DNA from: Phoronis australis
Taxonomy: Eukaryota; Animalia; Phoronida
Direction: 5' to 3'
DNA length: 64,000 nt
Assembly: GCA_002633005.1 (NCBI GenBank)
Contig: NMRA01000144.1
Span: forward strand, 608,248-672,247
The first letter of the stretch is position 1. Every line of letters begins with the position of its first letter. The notes below the pieces were generated by a model. The model made no database searches. It saw only the letters and a program-made list of their open reading frames with translations, and was not told the DNA's origin. Shown piece after piece: positions 38,409-52,245 of this stretch. Position numbers and translations under genes: made by a program.

Positions 38409-41400
38409 CGCTGACGCACACAAACTATTGAACCCTACACACATGTAACAATGCCATTCCAAAGACAGGTAATGCTGTTTTTGACATTATTAACAAACCC
38501 AACACAACATTTTAAATTGTTTTCATTACTTGTCAAGCAATGTAATAGCTGCCACTATATTCTCATGAGTTTAGAATTCCCTGAAATATTCCATTGTAAT
38601 GTAAATCAACAAATATGCAGTATTCAATTACTTCAGCTCAACCTTATAGTAAAAATATGAAAGGTGCAATGGTTTAAAGGTTTAAATCACCACAAAGATG
38701 GCAGTGACCCCACAATGTGACCATGGCTCTTGGCGACAAATAAAAGACATTTTACAAGAACATTAGTTCTCAAGGTGACAATAGAAGGGTGTATTGTATA
38801 TCAGAACAACTGGACATTGGTTTGTGCATCAGGCAAATGAAGTGTATATCACGATGCATAATGAATTGTCTTATAAGAAGAGCAAAACTGCTTTAGATAT
38901 CTGCCTTGGGCCATGTTGGACACAAGCTATCATGTCAAAAGCATACCTAGAGGAGAAAATGTACAACATCCAAGTCCCTGTGATTTGTCGTTACATATCT
39001 ACAACCATGTTCATTCACTACTGGACCATACTGAAAATGTCTCAATGTATGAGAACGAAAAGAAAAAAGTTTGTTTGAGGAAAAAGACAATTGTAAAGAA
39101 TGTCTTTTCTAATAAGTCACATCTTTAGACTTCTGTTAACCTTATTTGAAGGAGGAGTTAAATTTCAACAATTACCCATTACACAATAGAGTTAATGACT
39201 ACATTCATAACAAAACCTTGCGCAATACTATTTGGTTTGTGGCAAATAGCGGTAGTGAGGACTCTGGATCTCAGGGTGACATTTGCAGTTTAAGTACATA
39301 GTTAACTTGATTAGAAGAAACCTACTAAAATTTACATTCAAATAGCCCTGACGTGATCGCACTTGACAAGTTGGACTAATGAAGCCATGTCTGTAAAGAA
39401 TGGCACAGAAGCCTTACAGCACTGAAAACCTACTGCAAAAAGTTGATTGCATCTGAAAGAATTAACCAAAAACGTCTGAACTGATTAGTTTCATGCGTCA
39501 CCTACATAGACTTTGATTTATTGAGGGACTCTTACAAGGGCTGAGCAGCACATATAAATGCTTCATCTGGGATTACTAAATGCACACCTGACATTACATC
39601 ACTCCAGGTCAACAGTACCGTCTTAAGCTTATGTTTTTGTGTGGATAAACTTGAGAGTTCAGAGTTAAGATTGTTAAGTTTACATAACGGGGCCCTACTT
39701 CAAACTTGATTTTGTCTAGACCATGAAACTCTTACCACAGACCACAAATACTGTTGCTATACACAAAAACCTTACAAACTGAACCTGAACTCCACCTTAA
39801 AACTCAAGCACTTTTACCATAGACAACTTTAGTGCAAGAGCGACAGTACACATATCAGTTCTATGCGTTTTTTTCAGTAGTTACACTAAAATTATTTGTG
39901 GAAGGCCTATTCAAGTAGTGAGGAGTGTGGTTGGGGTTCAGGCTTCACGGTGAAAGTTTTTGTGTAGTAGCTGGGTAAGGGTGCGCACTCGTAGTAGAAA
40001 ATGTTGGTATCCACCCCATGTAGTATGAAGTTGGCAAATTTGGCCTAATGATCGCAGCATATGGTAATCTACTTTTACTTTTTCCATTCATCTTCACTGG
40101 GTTAGGACTTGAACGTCAACGCAGAAGGTAAAAACACACAGCAAAAATGTATGCCAAAATGGACACTTTGTTTCTGCTGAACATTGATTTAATTATAGTT
40201 GACTGTTCCTCACTATTGAAAAAATTGAAGTTTTATTGTATACCAGTAGTTTACAAGATATGAAGCCAATTTGCACGTTTTATGTATATTGCTACTGGGC
40301 ATTTCATTTTCTATCGAGCCTCTTGTGACAGGCATACTTTTACAGACAGTTACAATTACCGAAGAATTAATTCGATTGGCCAGAGGGCTATGTGACTTTG
40401 CCAATGTACACTGCTATCATTTCTTCACTAATTGCCGCATGAACAGGGAACATTCAACACACAACTCTTTAGCATTCTCTAAGCATAAGATTAGGTCTTG
40501 CTCGATTCCATTTCTAATGCTAGTGTGCAAGAAGGGCATAGTTGACAGAGGTGAAATACAATATCTTTCATTCATGAACACTATTTTGAGATGATGGACC
40601 ATTTTGTGAAATTGTTTGATTATCTCATCACATAACAGTGACATGCATAATGTTCTCAGAGAATTTATAAAATGGCTGGGAAATGTCACTGAATTAAAGT
40701 CCCCTACAAGAACACAAGCCTATTGCGTGTTCAGTAGGCTAAGTGTGTCCATTTTCATCACTTTTTCACATGTTTTTGTATTTTCATATCAATTGTTATA
40801 TTTCTGCAAAAGCCTACTCTGTGTAATAAATGGGATTTTGAATGGTGTCACCCAGGAGACAATCGACCAAAAGACGAACATTTTACTTACTTGGTTCATG
40901 ACAGAGTGTACCCACGATCAACATCCCACAATGTTTCCAAAAGCACATCTACAGAAGTTGTGATTTCCACGCAAGTAGCATTTTAATTAAACTATATTCA
41001 AGTATTTCCAGTACTGTTTATTGTACATTTCTGCTTCAAATCCACAATTTTGAAAAATGCTAAATTTCCCAGTTACCTGCTTCCTCTATCACCAGGCCAC
41101 TTTAAGGACTTTAAGGTGTAACTACCCACATTAAAAAATGCAGGATTTTGCGAACGTGTGGTTCAGTAAACAAGATGGCACGGATACAGTGCTGGCTGTT
41201 TGCGTCCGTACTTGTGAGGAATTCAAAGTAATAGATAAGACTGTAATATACTGTTTTATTCAACGAAAAGCGGAAGGTTGTCGATTGAGGGTACACTATC
41301 AATCGTGGGTACGCTGTTGTTAAATCTGGAATGTTACTGCAAAATTCTGATGACATTTTTAATTCCTGATTGTATTAGATGTGGAATTTTTATAAAGGTG

Positions 41401-42736
41401 ATAGGATGTTTGAGTAGAAGGCAGATCAGTGGTCTTACAAGTAACTACCGTAACAACATATTGTGCATGGGCTGCCCTCCTTCTCATGGAAGGCAGATTT
41501 GTCACCTAATTTGAGGGCGGACCCAAGGCAGACCAGATGTCTGAAGAGTGTTCAAAAATGATTGCTCAGACCCCTTTCTGACTGGACAGCATGTGATATT
41601 GTAAAAGTATCATATTTTGAAATGAAACTCTAAGCTCACCACAGACCACTTGATGACAGTGTTTAAAGGACAACAATGGAAACAGCGCCACACACATCAT
41701 TGGTGACAACATCATGCATACAGTTCCACGCACACCACATTAAGTTGAAAATAAAAAAGTAACAACTGCAATATTCAAGACCTGAGACAAGTTCAACATT
41801 CTAGCCACTGAGAACATAAAATATCTTCAGAAGAAAGAGCAATGATGCCATGGCATTTAGTGCTTCCTTGTTCCATAACCCTCTTTGTTGAGGGGACCAT
41901 AAATTCACGCCTTCAGTCAAAAACCCGCTTTTGACTTAGGCCACATACAGCAACAAACTGGTCTCAACATGCTTCTTACTCAGATCAGACATGATTTCTT
42001 GACTTGAGAAGGACTGACAGATGGCAAGAGCTTCATACAAGGCCCATTAATTCACTTGTCACAGCCAGTTAAGGTATTTTCTGTGCCAAAGCAGTATAGA
42101 CATCAGGTGAATCATTTGGTACCATTCTACTGGAGTGTAAAAATCAAGAAATTTCCATGATCAGGATCTCATCTAGAATCAAGTTCCAAGCCTTTTGTAT
42201 GGGTACACAATACTGTTGTTAAGCTGGTCAGAGCTTACAGTCACAAAAGAATCAACAGGTAAAAGTTATGTCTAATTCCTCTGAAAGTCAAGTGTTTTTC
42301 TCCATTCGAAGTTTTATGGTGAAAGTATTTCATACAAAACACATCTGCTTCACGACATTTGTTGAAAGTTGTTTGCAAATAGTATTTTTAAATATCAGTT
42401 AGCATCAGGCCCACTGTTTACATCATAATTGCTGGATTATGTGAGCTTATCAGGTGAAAGCAGACAATAAAAAGAGCTGGACTGTGTAAACATTGCTTTG
42501 CCACTGTCAAACTAATAACAACACAGCTGTATACCCACTGGACCATCAGTCAGTCTGGATACTCACTCCACAGCACAGGTGCCTATCAGCTAAGCGATTT
42601 ATTTCCACTAATTTCAATACAAACAAAGGATAAGGACGACCAGTTCTTTAAAAAAAGTAAATATGCCAGTCAAAAAAGTTAATGGGTTTAACACCAGAAG
42701 ATGGTTTATAGTCGATTTTAGCAGTGGTGGATCTAA

Positions 42737-43205
42737 AGGGCCTTTCATACTAACGTCGATGCGTCAATGTTTTGGGGAGTTGTGGTCAGTATGAACACTT
42801 AACTGCGGTCCTGGATCGAAGTTAACAGCGCCAGTTAACTTCGCAGTAAAACAGGTGGATTTAAGAGCGGAGCGTTGACGGTGCGGTGCAGTATTAACGA
42901 TCAACTTTGGTCCCATCGAAGTTATCGCCAGGTGGCACTGTTGCAGGATAGTGCCGTCACTAATAGTTGCCTATATTTTGCTCTAGTAATGAATTAAAAA
43001 TAAGTTTTATGTCAATCAGCACATGTAAATGTTCCCAAATTGTCTTATTGAAAAAATCTTAGCGTGTAACGCTACCTTGCGATAACTTCGATGACAATAG
43101 TGTCACCTATCGTTCACTTCGAAGTCCGTTAACTACCGAAGCCAGTATGAACAGTTTGGTTAACTTCTCAGTTTACATCGACGCTACGCTCAGAGTTAAG
43201 TTAAG
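42737..43205. mobile_element. Related palindromic (fold-back) non-autonomous element
   Basis: Starts AGGGCCTTTCATACT; internal inverted repeat CGAAGTTATCGCCAGGTGGC (~42917) vs GCTACCTTGCGATAACTTCG (~43071); shares GAACACTTAACT with the neighbouring element; CpG-rich within a CpG-poor region. Confidence 0.55.
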
Positions 43206-43417
43206 ACTGCAAGGTGTCGTAAGGGGGACCAACCAGTCTCAACAGTTTATGTTTGGTTTTGGACTTAGGAAAACTCGCTTCTATTAAGTACCATAATTAA
43301 CTTTCATAAGACACAATTTCAGACAGGAGGCACTTTGAAAAAATGTCATTTAAAGTGGCTATAAACCCGCTTTCCAACACTGCCAGTAGATTTATAGGAT
43401 CCCAAATAGTTTCTTAA

Positions 43418-44147
43418 AGGCCTTTCCCACTGGGTGCGAAGCTTTGGTGTTACCGAAGCTTCAGTCAACAAGAACACTTAACTTCTGTCTTAAATCGCCG
43501 AAGAAACTTAACAGAGTGAGTTAAATAGGGAGTAAAAAGATGGATTTAACAGTGAATTGCCGAGGCTTCACTACAATGATGAGAACACTTAACTTTGATG
43601 CCATAGGAGTTATCGGCAGGGGTCACTGGCTGAGTTGGCCAACAGCGGGTGGTGACTGGTTAATACTTATTAATATTTTATTATAATATTTATCATTTTG
43701 GCTGTAGAAGCATTCTGTTTTAATTTATCCAGGTATTTGCTGGATTCTCTACATCAATCACTGAATGTATGATGTATGCAAAACAAGTTCCCGCCCTACC
43801 GTCTTTGTTCGGATGAGCTGTTAGCCTACTCAAGAGTCAATTTTTTAATATGTCGTGTTCTAGTACATTGTCATTGTCCCAACATGTTGACCAATGGCTT
43901 CCTTGTGAAATTGATGTTCTAGTTTTCATATCGGGAGAGGGATAAGTCCTTGTCAGTTTTGATCAAAAGAACACTAAAACACCAAGACACCTTCAGTCAT
44001 ATTAGCGCCCCCTGTGAGAACTTCACTAAATTGTTTTATGACTAACTCCAAAGTTGGTGGGAGCACTAACGCTTATTACCTTCGCGGTTAACCACAGTTA
44101 ACATGGAAGCTTTATTAATAGCAGTGTTACAGTTTGGGGAAGGGCCT
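43418..44147. mobile_element. PIF/Harbinger-like non-autonomous element
   Basis: TIRs AGGCCTTTCCCA...TGGGGAAGGGCCT preceded by TAA; internal repeats AGAACACTTAACTT. Confidence 0.55.
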
Positions 44148-44323
44148 TTTGTCAATTCAAAGGTGATTTAGGGGCTTCAAAAATTGACTGTTTGTTATTG
44201 CCTAAGGCCAGATTCTGCAAGTTGGCTTGTCACCATTGGAGTCCGCATTTTGCATTTTACGCATCAAGCCTGGTCACAAGGAATAACAAACTGACACTTG
44301 TTATGAGCCTGGCAACCACTTAC

Positions 44324-44326
44324 CAT
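44324..44326 (-). other. Candidate 3-nt microexon (ATG)
   Basis: Minus strand reads CTCAACTTGTTCCTTCATCTTCTTCCAG|ATG|GTAAGT: long pyrimidine tract, CAG, 3 nt, perfect donor. Confidence 0.4.
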
Positions 44327-46357
44327 CTGGAAGAAGATGAAGGAACAAGTTGAGGCCAATTTTACACCTTAACTGGTTTGAAGCAAAGTTTGCATCTTTG
44401 ACAGAGCACAGTTATTTTATTGGTGCTTTTAAGTAATCATGACTAATTAATTGGCTTGTGTTCATGGTCCACAATACCCAACAAAACTAGGCATTTATAA
44501 AAATACAATGACAAAACAACAAAAGATTTCCTCAAGAGAGTTGAAAATATATGCCACCTGAGGCTCAAAGAATAGAAAATGCCTGGGAATTTCTCTGGCC
44601 ACTATAACAATGCTTTAAAAACGGTGCACCTTAACAAATGGCTTCTAGTTGCTACAATAAAAATACATTTGAAAAAGTCACCTATTAATAATGAATGGGT
44701 TATTGGACATTGCAATAAATAATGTCCGCCCAACATTAAGTCTGATGAGCCACGAAACTGTTAATCTTCATGTCACAATAGTATTATACCTATCACAAAA
44801 TTATTTATTAGTTCAGCTATTTATAACTTGCGTTCGCAAATATCTATAAATAAAAGAAAATGTACTTTTACTTATACTTGACAGACGTGGTACATTGAGG
44901 ATTTTTTTCTGTGTGAGGTTTTGACATCAACACCATTTAACATTGTATGATCATTCCACAGTCTTGGCTTAATAATGCGGAATGCACTATGTAGGTTCAT
45001 TGCACACCCCAACAGCGTAGTCCCTGAGCGCAGCAACATTTTGTCCACAAGAAAGCAGCAAATAACCTCATTTAGGTACACTCGGTAGGCCCCAGTACAA
45101 AATACAACTGTACCAACCCAGGTGTGAGACCCCTTTAGCCACATATGTGCAGTTTGATTTTTAACTTGTTCCTTTGTAAGCAATTAGTCTTGTGCCTCAA
45201 TTGACAGTGTAAATATCCAGGCACCCATTAACCCATCAAGGTCACTTCAAAATTAGTCACCTGTGCAAACCAGGAACCAAACCCAGTATCCAACATCACC
45301 ATAGTGATAACAGACACATAGAAGATAAATAGACTTAATGAAAAGCCAGTGACTAAGAGATAAAGAATCTTGAAGGGAAGTTCTGTAATAAATTGTTAAT
45401 TGGCAACCAAGCAAGACTAGCATTGGTTAATATAAAGACAAATTTATTTATAAACATACCATGTTACCTTGACAAAGGTATTGAAACAGAAAGGAAACAA
45501 TTATTTGGCATTGAATTTTCATTGAAATTCACCAACTTTCATAAGTTTTCAGTCTAAATACTTCACTGAATGTTTAGACCTTATCTTACTCTAACACACA
45601 CAAAAAATTTATATATTGATAATTGAAACAGCTCAGAAAGATCCACTGAGACCTGCCACTTAAATTAAAATGCTTTTTACCATTTTTCCAAATTGAAACA
45701 AGTTACTTGAAATAATGATATTGCAAGTAGCCTAAGCTCTTGTTCATTACAGAATATGAAATGGCGTTTTGAATTTTAGTCACATGCATAACAAGGCTAA
45801 GTCCCCCAAAAATTATCAATGTGAAAATATCACAAAACAATAATCAATAAATTTAATTTTCTGAAAGTTAAAAAATGCATTAATCAATAGGTATAACACA
45901 AGGAAATCGAGAAAATGAAAATTTTTCATTCAAGGTCGATTGAATAAAAATGAATTGTTACTTCGACAACAAAACGCAACAGAATAATTCCCCTTTTCTG
46001 TTTTGTGCCATGGTGAAACTAACCCAAATACACTAAAAAATCTATAAGTGACATTAGACGCTTATCTGCAAATAATTGATATTTTCCTTCAGGCCAACGT
46101 TTACTGCAGCCCTGGACATACATGCGGTCACATACAATGCAGCAACTTGACTGGAAAGATTCAGACATCTGGCTGGTAAAATAATGTGTAAATTAGACCA
46201 ACTAATTTGTGGATTAATAGATTTGCAGCTTGTTGTGAATACATTCTCACTTAATATTCACATCCAAATAAGAAGTTATGGAAAACCAAGCATTAGATAA
46301 CACAAGATGGTGGTTATGCAACAGTGAGAGCCAAACTACATTATTACATCTGGGTGT

Positions 46358-46889
46358 TTAAGGTTACTATGTAAGACCCTAGAAAAATATCCAAATTTGG
46401 TTAATTTCGTAACATTATAACTCAGAAATGGCTCATCAGATTCATATGAAACTCTCTGATGCAATGCTTAATATGTTCTTTTCTCCAAAATGATGTTAGG
46501 AACTGTATTTTTGAAATGTTCCACTTTTGTTGCGGGCTTATCAGAGTTCTATCATAAATTTTCATGAAAAAATCAAAACTTGCATGAAACAAAATATCTT
46601 AGAAAATTGTAACATTGTTTTTTGAGATTTCATCTTGAACATTTACATTAAATGAAATTTAGTCATGTTATTGATACAGCTGTTTAGCTATGATGGACCT
46701 GCACTTTTTGCTAAATTTTACTAAAAAACACGTGGCTGCGTGACCCAATTAATGTTAGATGTAAAAAGTCAAATAAACTTCTACAAGCTTTATACTTTAT
46801 GAAAATACAAACTTTTACTGGGTTGGAATTTATTGTTTTGTGATTATTTGGCTACACAAACTTATTGATAAGATTTTACATAACCCTAA
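46358..46889 (+). mobile_element. MITE family C
   Basis: TTAAGGTTACTATGT...ACATAACCCTAA; shares internal blocks with 37884-38408 and 56347-56681. Confidence 0.7.
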
Positions 46890-49800
46890 GGTCACCTGAC
46901 ACAGTATAACAAAAGTATGACTGCTCAATCAGCTCCTTTATATATTAACCACCTGTGCATTAAATATGTGCTTACAACAGGTCCTCAGCTGAAGTAGCTA
47001 TTCATGTGTGTTCCTTTGTTGCACTCTAACAATCATATTCTTTTCAGTTGAATTAAAAAGATTAAATAAAATAAACCAATCATTACTGTAGGCTGACAAC
47101 AAGCAATAGCTGCTACAAGGTCACCTTCATCAAACAGCCAGCTTTTCCTTTGATGTTAACACCTGAGAAAACTTTCTGAGGGTTTGAAATGTATTTATCA
47201 CAAAATCCTGGCTTTACATAATTACTGAGGAAGTTACTGAAGCATTTCCTTCCGGTTTTGGTGAAAAGTTTATAAACAGAACGTCTCAAACTATAAAGAA
47301 CCTAGCATAGAAACTACTTTGATGCTGTTATCTTCAAAAAGGTTTGTTAAACCAGTACCACACAAGTAGGGACATGCTGTCCTGATAAGATGTCAGCAGA
47401 GGGTAATTTGATTACACAAGAGAGAAAAGGACAAGAGAAAAGAGATTGCACACACTCTTTAGCTATATCACTTAATTAACAGAGCAATGAACTTTTAACG
47501 GTCAATTGGCAAGGTCACATGCAACCAGACAAAACAAATGTTTTTGGTGAATGGATTCACCAATAACAGAAATTTGTCTTTGCTACAAATGTACATTGGA
47601 TAAGCACTCAACCTTTAATTAGCACGAGTGTAACATTTACTGAAGCTAATGATCTGTCACAGGACACAACACTCGTAATCTTCGTGAGTTTGGCAAACTT
47701 TTAACACCAACTCGTAAGCACAGGCGGATTTGGGGAGACCCTGAGCCCCTGCCCTCCCGGGCATAATCTAGAGGATGTCCAATTGGCATCCAACTGGAGA
47801 TCCTGGCTCAAATTTAGACATCCTAGTTGGGATGCTCTGATCAGTAAAGTAAGCAAGTAAGCATAGTAATGTCTCTTTAAACTTGCCAACCGAAGCAGCT
47901 CTGGAAGATAATTAGTCGGTCCTGAATAAAAAAGGTTGGTTTACAAATGATGTAAGTTACAAAAACCTTTAGTGCAGACCCATGTTGACACAGTAAAGTT
48001 ATCACACTATAACAGCAATTTGCCTTGGGTTCATAAAAACATTATTGGTCATGGACGCCCTGACAAATTGGATATCTAATTTGGAAGCCCTATCTTTTGA
48101 AATGCTTGACGAATCTCTGGTTGGGATGCTGTTTTAGGGGCTAGGGGGATTTTTTCCTTTGAAATTTCTGGCGTAGATCTGCCAGTGGTAAGCTTAAATT
48201 CCAGTCTTAAAATGACATTGCTATCCTGCAAAAAAGCCTGCTTGCTGCTATGTCAAATTCCATGCCAAATAGCAAAGTTTTGGGTGATGAATTTTAATGT
48301 ACATTTTACAGTTAGCCAACTATACTTAAATCAAAGTTTTAGTAATTATTATAATACAACTCTAAATTCATGATATCTGACAACATTAAAGGTTCAAAAT
48401 TTGTCAACATGCTAAATCGCCATCATGATCCGTAAAACCTATACCCAACAGAAGTGCACATTGGTGCAACTTGGCAGTCTGCAGCAATAATTCTTATTCC
48501 TCAATAACTTGAAATTAATTGGTTTTCTTAGAAATTACGGTTCATACCGGTGATTTTGAAACAAATTATAAGTTATGTTCAGTAAGCACTGACATAATGA
48601 TAGACTGATTTTGATTACTTACGTTATGCTACAACTTAATTGCGGATATTCTTGGCCTTATTAATTTTCCAGAAATTAGGGGTCGTGTCCCTCATTTTGC
48701 AACTAACAAGTTTTTCCAGTACGAAATCTTACATTGATCTGACACTTTTCGGTTCACCTACCACAAGAAATTGCACTTAAGTGAGAGGGTTCAACAGTAA
48801 TATTCTGGAAATATGAACTTTGCTATGTCAGCAGCAAATTTTTCAGTAATGACGTAATATTGTTAGAACATTGATTAGATTGCAAAGTAGCAGAAGTCTG
48901 TTTTGAGAAGAACAAAGTGATTACATCTTAGTAATGGGGAAAACGTGTTACGATCTGTATGAATAATTATTAGCTGAGCTTTCACATGACAGTCACCATT
49001 GATAAAAATAACAATGACAAACCTGAACACATGTATCCTGATTAGATGGTGCCTAGACATCAGACCATATGTTACAGACTAGATGAAAGCCCAGCTGACC
49101 AAAGGCTATTAAAAAGGCCCATACCATAATGCTTCTAATGGAAGCTCATGCATGAATGAATTTTAAGAAAACAGTGAAACAGCATCTTTCTTTTGCCAGG
49201 CATTCAAAGTAAATATGAGAAATGTGAAAAAAGCACAATATGCAACACCATATTCTATGAAAAATAGAAAAACAACAGCATTGCCACCTTCTTTCACATT
49301 TTTGCCTCAATCAGACAACTAGAAATTGTAAAATTATGACGTTTTACACTAGCATTAGTATCATAGTGCAACACTAACCAGACAAAATACCGTTTCCCCC
49401 ATCGTGACGACTAACTCTGGTAAAAACAAAAATTACTGGTAATAACTATTACGGCAATAAATTCTAATTACAGAACGGCTTACCCATTTTACCTGTCAAT
49501 TCTCCTTCATTCTCAGTGATGAGAAAAGACTACTCTGTTCAAGAATTTGCTCAGCCGTCATGACAGAGAATTCCGCATCATTGTATTTGACTACTTTCGG
49601 CTTGCACTGTAGTTGAATGAGTAGTATGTGTAGTACGGTAAAATCTCACAAATCTTGTAAAAAATAATTACCAAAATCACATTTTTAACTTTCAAAAGTT
49701 TCTAACATTGTAACATTGAGGGGTAAACCTGGAACATTTCAAAATATCGTCTGATGGTTTGGCTATGCTTTAGGTCTTGAAAATAATAAAGTTTTTTGAT

Positions 49801-51209
49801 CCTATTGATTGTTTACCAAAACAATTAAATTTCACTTGTCCACCGGTGTCCTGAATTGGAGAGCGTTTACCATAAACAATATTTTGTGAAGTCACAGTCT
49901 GGCAAAATGTTTCAAGGATGAGAGGAAATCTACATCAAAAAGAAGGGAGATGTGGTCCATTTCACCAAGGTGCAATATAAGTCTACCATGGTAGTCGGTG
50001 CCACTTTGGTTAACCAGATCATTGATGAACCCAAACATCAAAAGCCCAAGTCTAGACTTATAGATCATCCTTTCCTCAAATAATGTGTTGTAGAACTCCA
50101 GAAAGGAAATAATCAAAGGTCATAATAACCATAATCGGATGGCCTGCAATGAAGAACTGTTGTACCCAACTCATTACCTTAGGGCCCCACTACAGCAAGG
50201 TAGGCGCTCAACAATTTGAGGGGAAGCAGAACTATACAATTGAGGGGGAACCGAGTAAATGTTGGATAAACTTGTTGCAATCTCAGTAAAAAGCTGATGC
50301 ATGGAGTTACCTTTGAGGCATCATGCCTACAGCTTTTGGCCAAAGTTACTGGCATCCGCTCTTTCCCAGAAAGTTTCATGAAAATGGTAGGGTAGGCCTT
50401 CTGAGAACAAATTTGGTTCGTTATAGTTTTATTCATAAACAATGTGAATGAAACAGGGACACACCAGTAATGACATTTTGGACTTTTCTGGCAGAAAATA
50501 ACACCTTGTGTGCAAAACATTGTGAGAAACCATGAACCAGTACACACAGTTTTTACAATTTTACACTCTTGTCTATGGACACCTAAAATACAAAATTAAC
50601 ATGCTTACATATTAAGATAACAGTATTGACAGTAGATAAATTACAAAAACATTTCATTGAAATACTACTTAAGGTTACCTAAAGCCCAGTCAGTATGATG
50701 ATGTTTACAGCCAAGTGTAGTCACATAGGGTGTGTATTTTGTCATGACGCAAACACACTTGGATGTATTTACACCACCGTCAGAAGAATCGTCAATGTAA
50801 ATTTACACACAGGGAAAACATACACTTGGTTGAATGAAATTTCAATTTGTGTGCAGTTGAATGCAGGGTCTAGCAACAAAAAATGCTGTTACATAATTCC
50901 TGCTTCTTACCAGACTTTAGATCTGCACACCACTACCAATTAAATGTCTGAGAGCATCTTCTGTTGCCAAGGTGATGTGGGAGAGTCTTTTATTGAAATG
51001 ATGCTGCTGGGTGATGTTTTCGAGGCTTTTACATTCTAGTTTTCATGGGTTATGCACCATCCATGAGACATAACAAATCAGTTGTTGGTTCGTTTTGAAA
51101 AACGTCATTGTTCGTGTTACTAGAAGCCAGAAAGTGAACATTTTCAAACCAATCTTTGTATTCATGGAATTCATGACGTGTATTAATTAAGTATAACATT
51201 GATTTTAAT

Positions 51210-52245
51210 ATTAGTGTTATCATTATTATTAATTTGCTACCAGATCCTTGGTGTTTGTGTTAACTTGTTTTGACTTTCAGTTGTCAACCTGTGGCCCATC
51301 CATGCATCCACATGTTTTGATAAACTTTGTAGTGAACAAGATTACCTAATAGTTATTCACAGAATACTAGCTTGACACAACTGACCAGTGCCAAATAAGG
51401 CAAAGACGATAATGAATTTCTCATGATTGTTCTACACTAAGTTCTTAGAGTTGTTTACTGTTATTTCCAATGGAATTTTGAATCATGAAGTTAACTGTGG
51501 ATCAAGACACACTACTGCACACACACAGTGCTACATTTGACTCTCCCTACATTATACAACAGAATTTTTCATTGGCTTCTATCACCATTCCATCGATCTT
51601 TCATAATAATCCATACTTATCATTTGTGAGATGGTCCCAACAGCAATCCCGTGGGGCATAGCCATCAGAACAACCCAGTTTCAAGGCAATTATACCAGAA
51701 GATTCGTTTCCTTACCAACAAAAGTTACGTGTTTCACTTTTTGTCTTGGAATTGACTAGAAATTCTGAGGGCAAATTTTCAGTTTCTTTTCCACCATACG
51801 AAGGCAACGCAAATTAATATTTACACCTGGGTGTATGTTTGCGTGCAGTGCATATTTACATACGTGTAAAAGTGTTGCATAAAAACAGGACTTTACATAA
51901 CACCTGTCCACATCATTTGTCATGAAATTCAAGATATATTTTTCCTATGTGTGTTGAATTTGATAGTATTATTACTTTGCTAACATGTTTCTGGTATGTG
52001 TATGCTATTTGTTTTGGACTTCAGTGGAGTGAGATTAATTCAATGGCCCATCCAGTCATCCCTACATTTTCAGATTATCTCTATACTTATGTAATAATTT
52101 GATGTGGTTATTCACAGAACAGCTGCCTGAGACAAATGACCAAGACCATATATAGCAGAAACAATAGTGAATTTCTTATGAATGTTTGTTAATTCTAAGA
52201 GTTGTTTACTGTACTACTTCTGGAAGACTATTTTGAATCAAAAGG
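51210..52245 (+). repeat. Old diverged tandem duplication (~270 bp; ~51210-51490 and ~51960-52245)
   Basis: Collinear shared blocks TGGCCCATCCA, GTTATTCACAGAA, TGAATTTCT, AGAGTTGTTTACTGT, ATTTTGAATCA. Confidence 0.65.

Noticed and set aside
49388-49640. Apparent minus-strand exon (CKPKVVKYNDAEF...)
   Set aside because: In-frame stop before the donor, and it lies between TACCGT...ACGGTA inverted termini, so it is probably inside a small transposon.
50140-50160. TGAAGAACTGT matching the 3' half of miR-22
   Set aside because: Seed region absent and no hairpin.
50311-50400. Apparent 90-nt minus-strand exon (KAYPTIFMKLSGK...)
   Set aside because: The TTTTCATGAAACTTT core is typical of the interspersed repeats in this window and the peptide is not recognisable.
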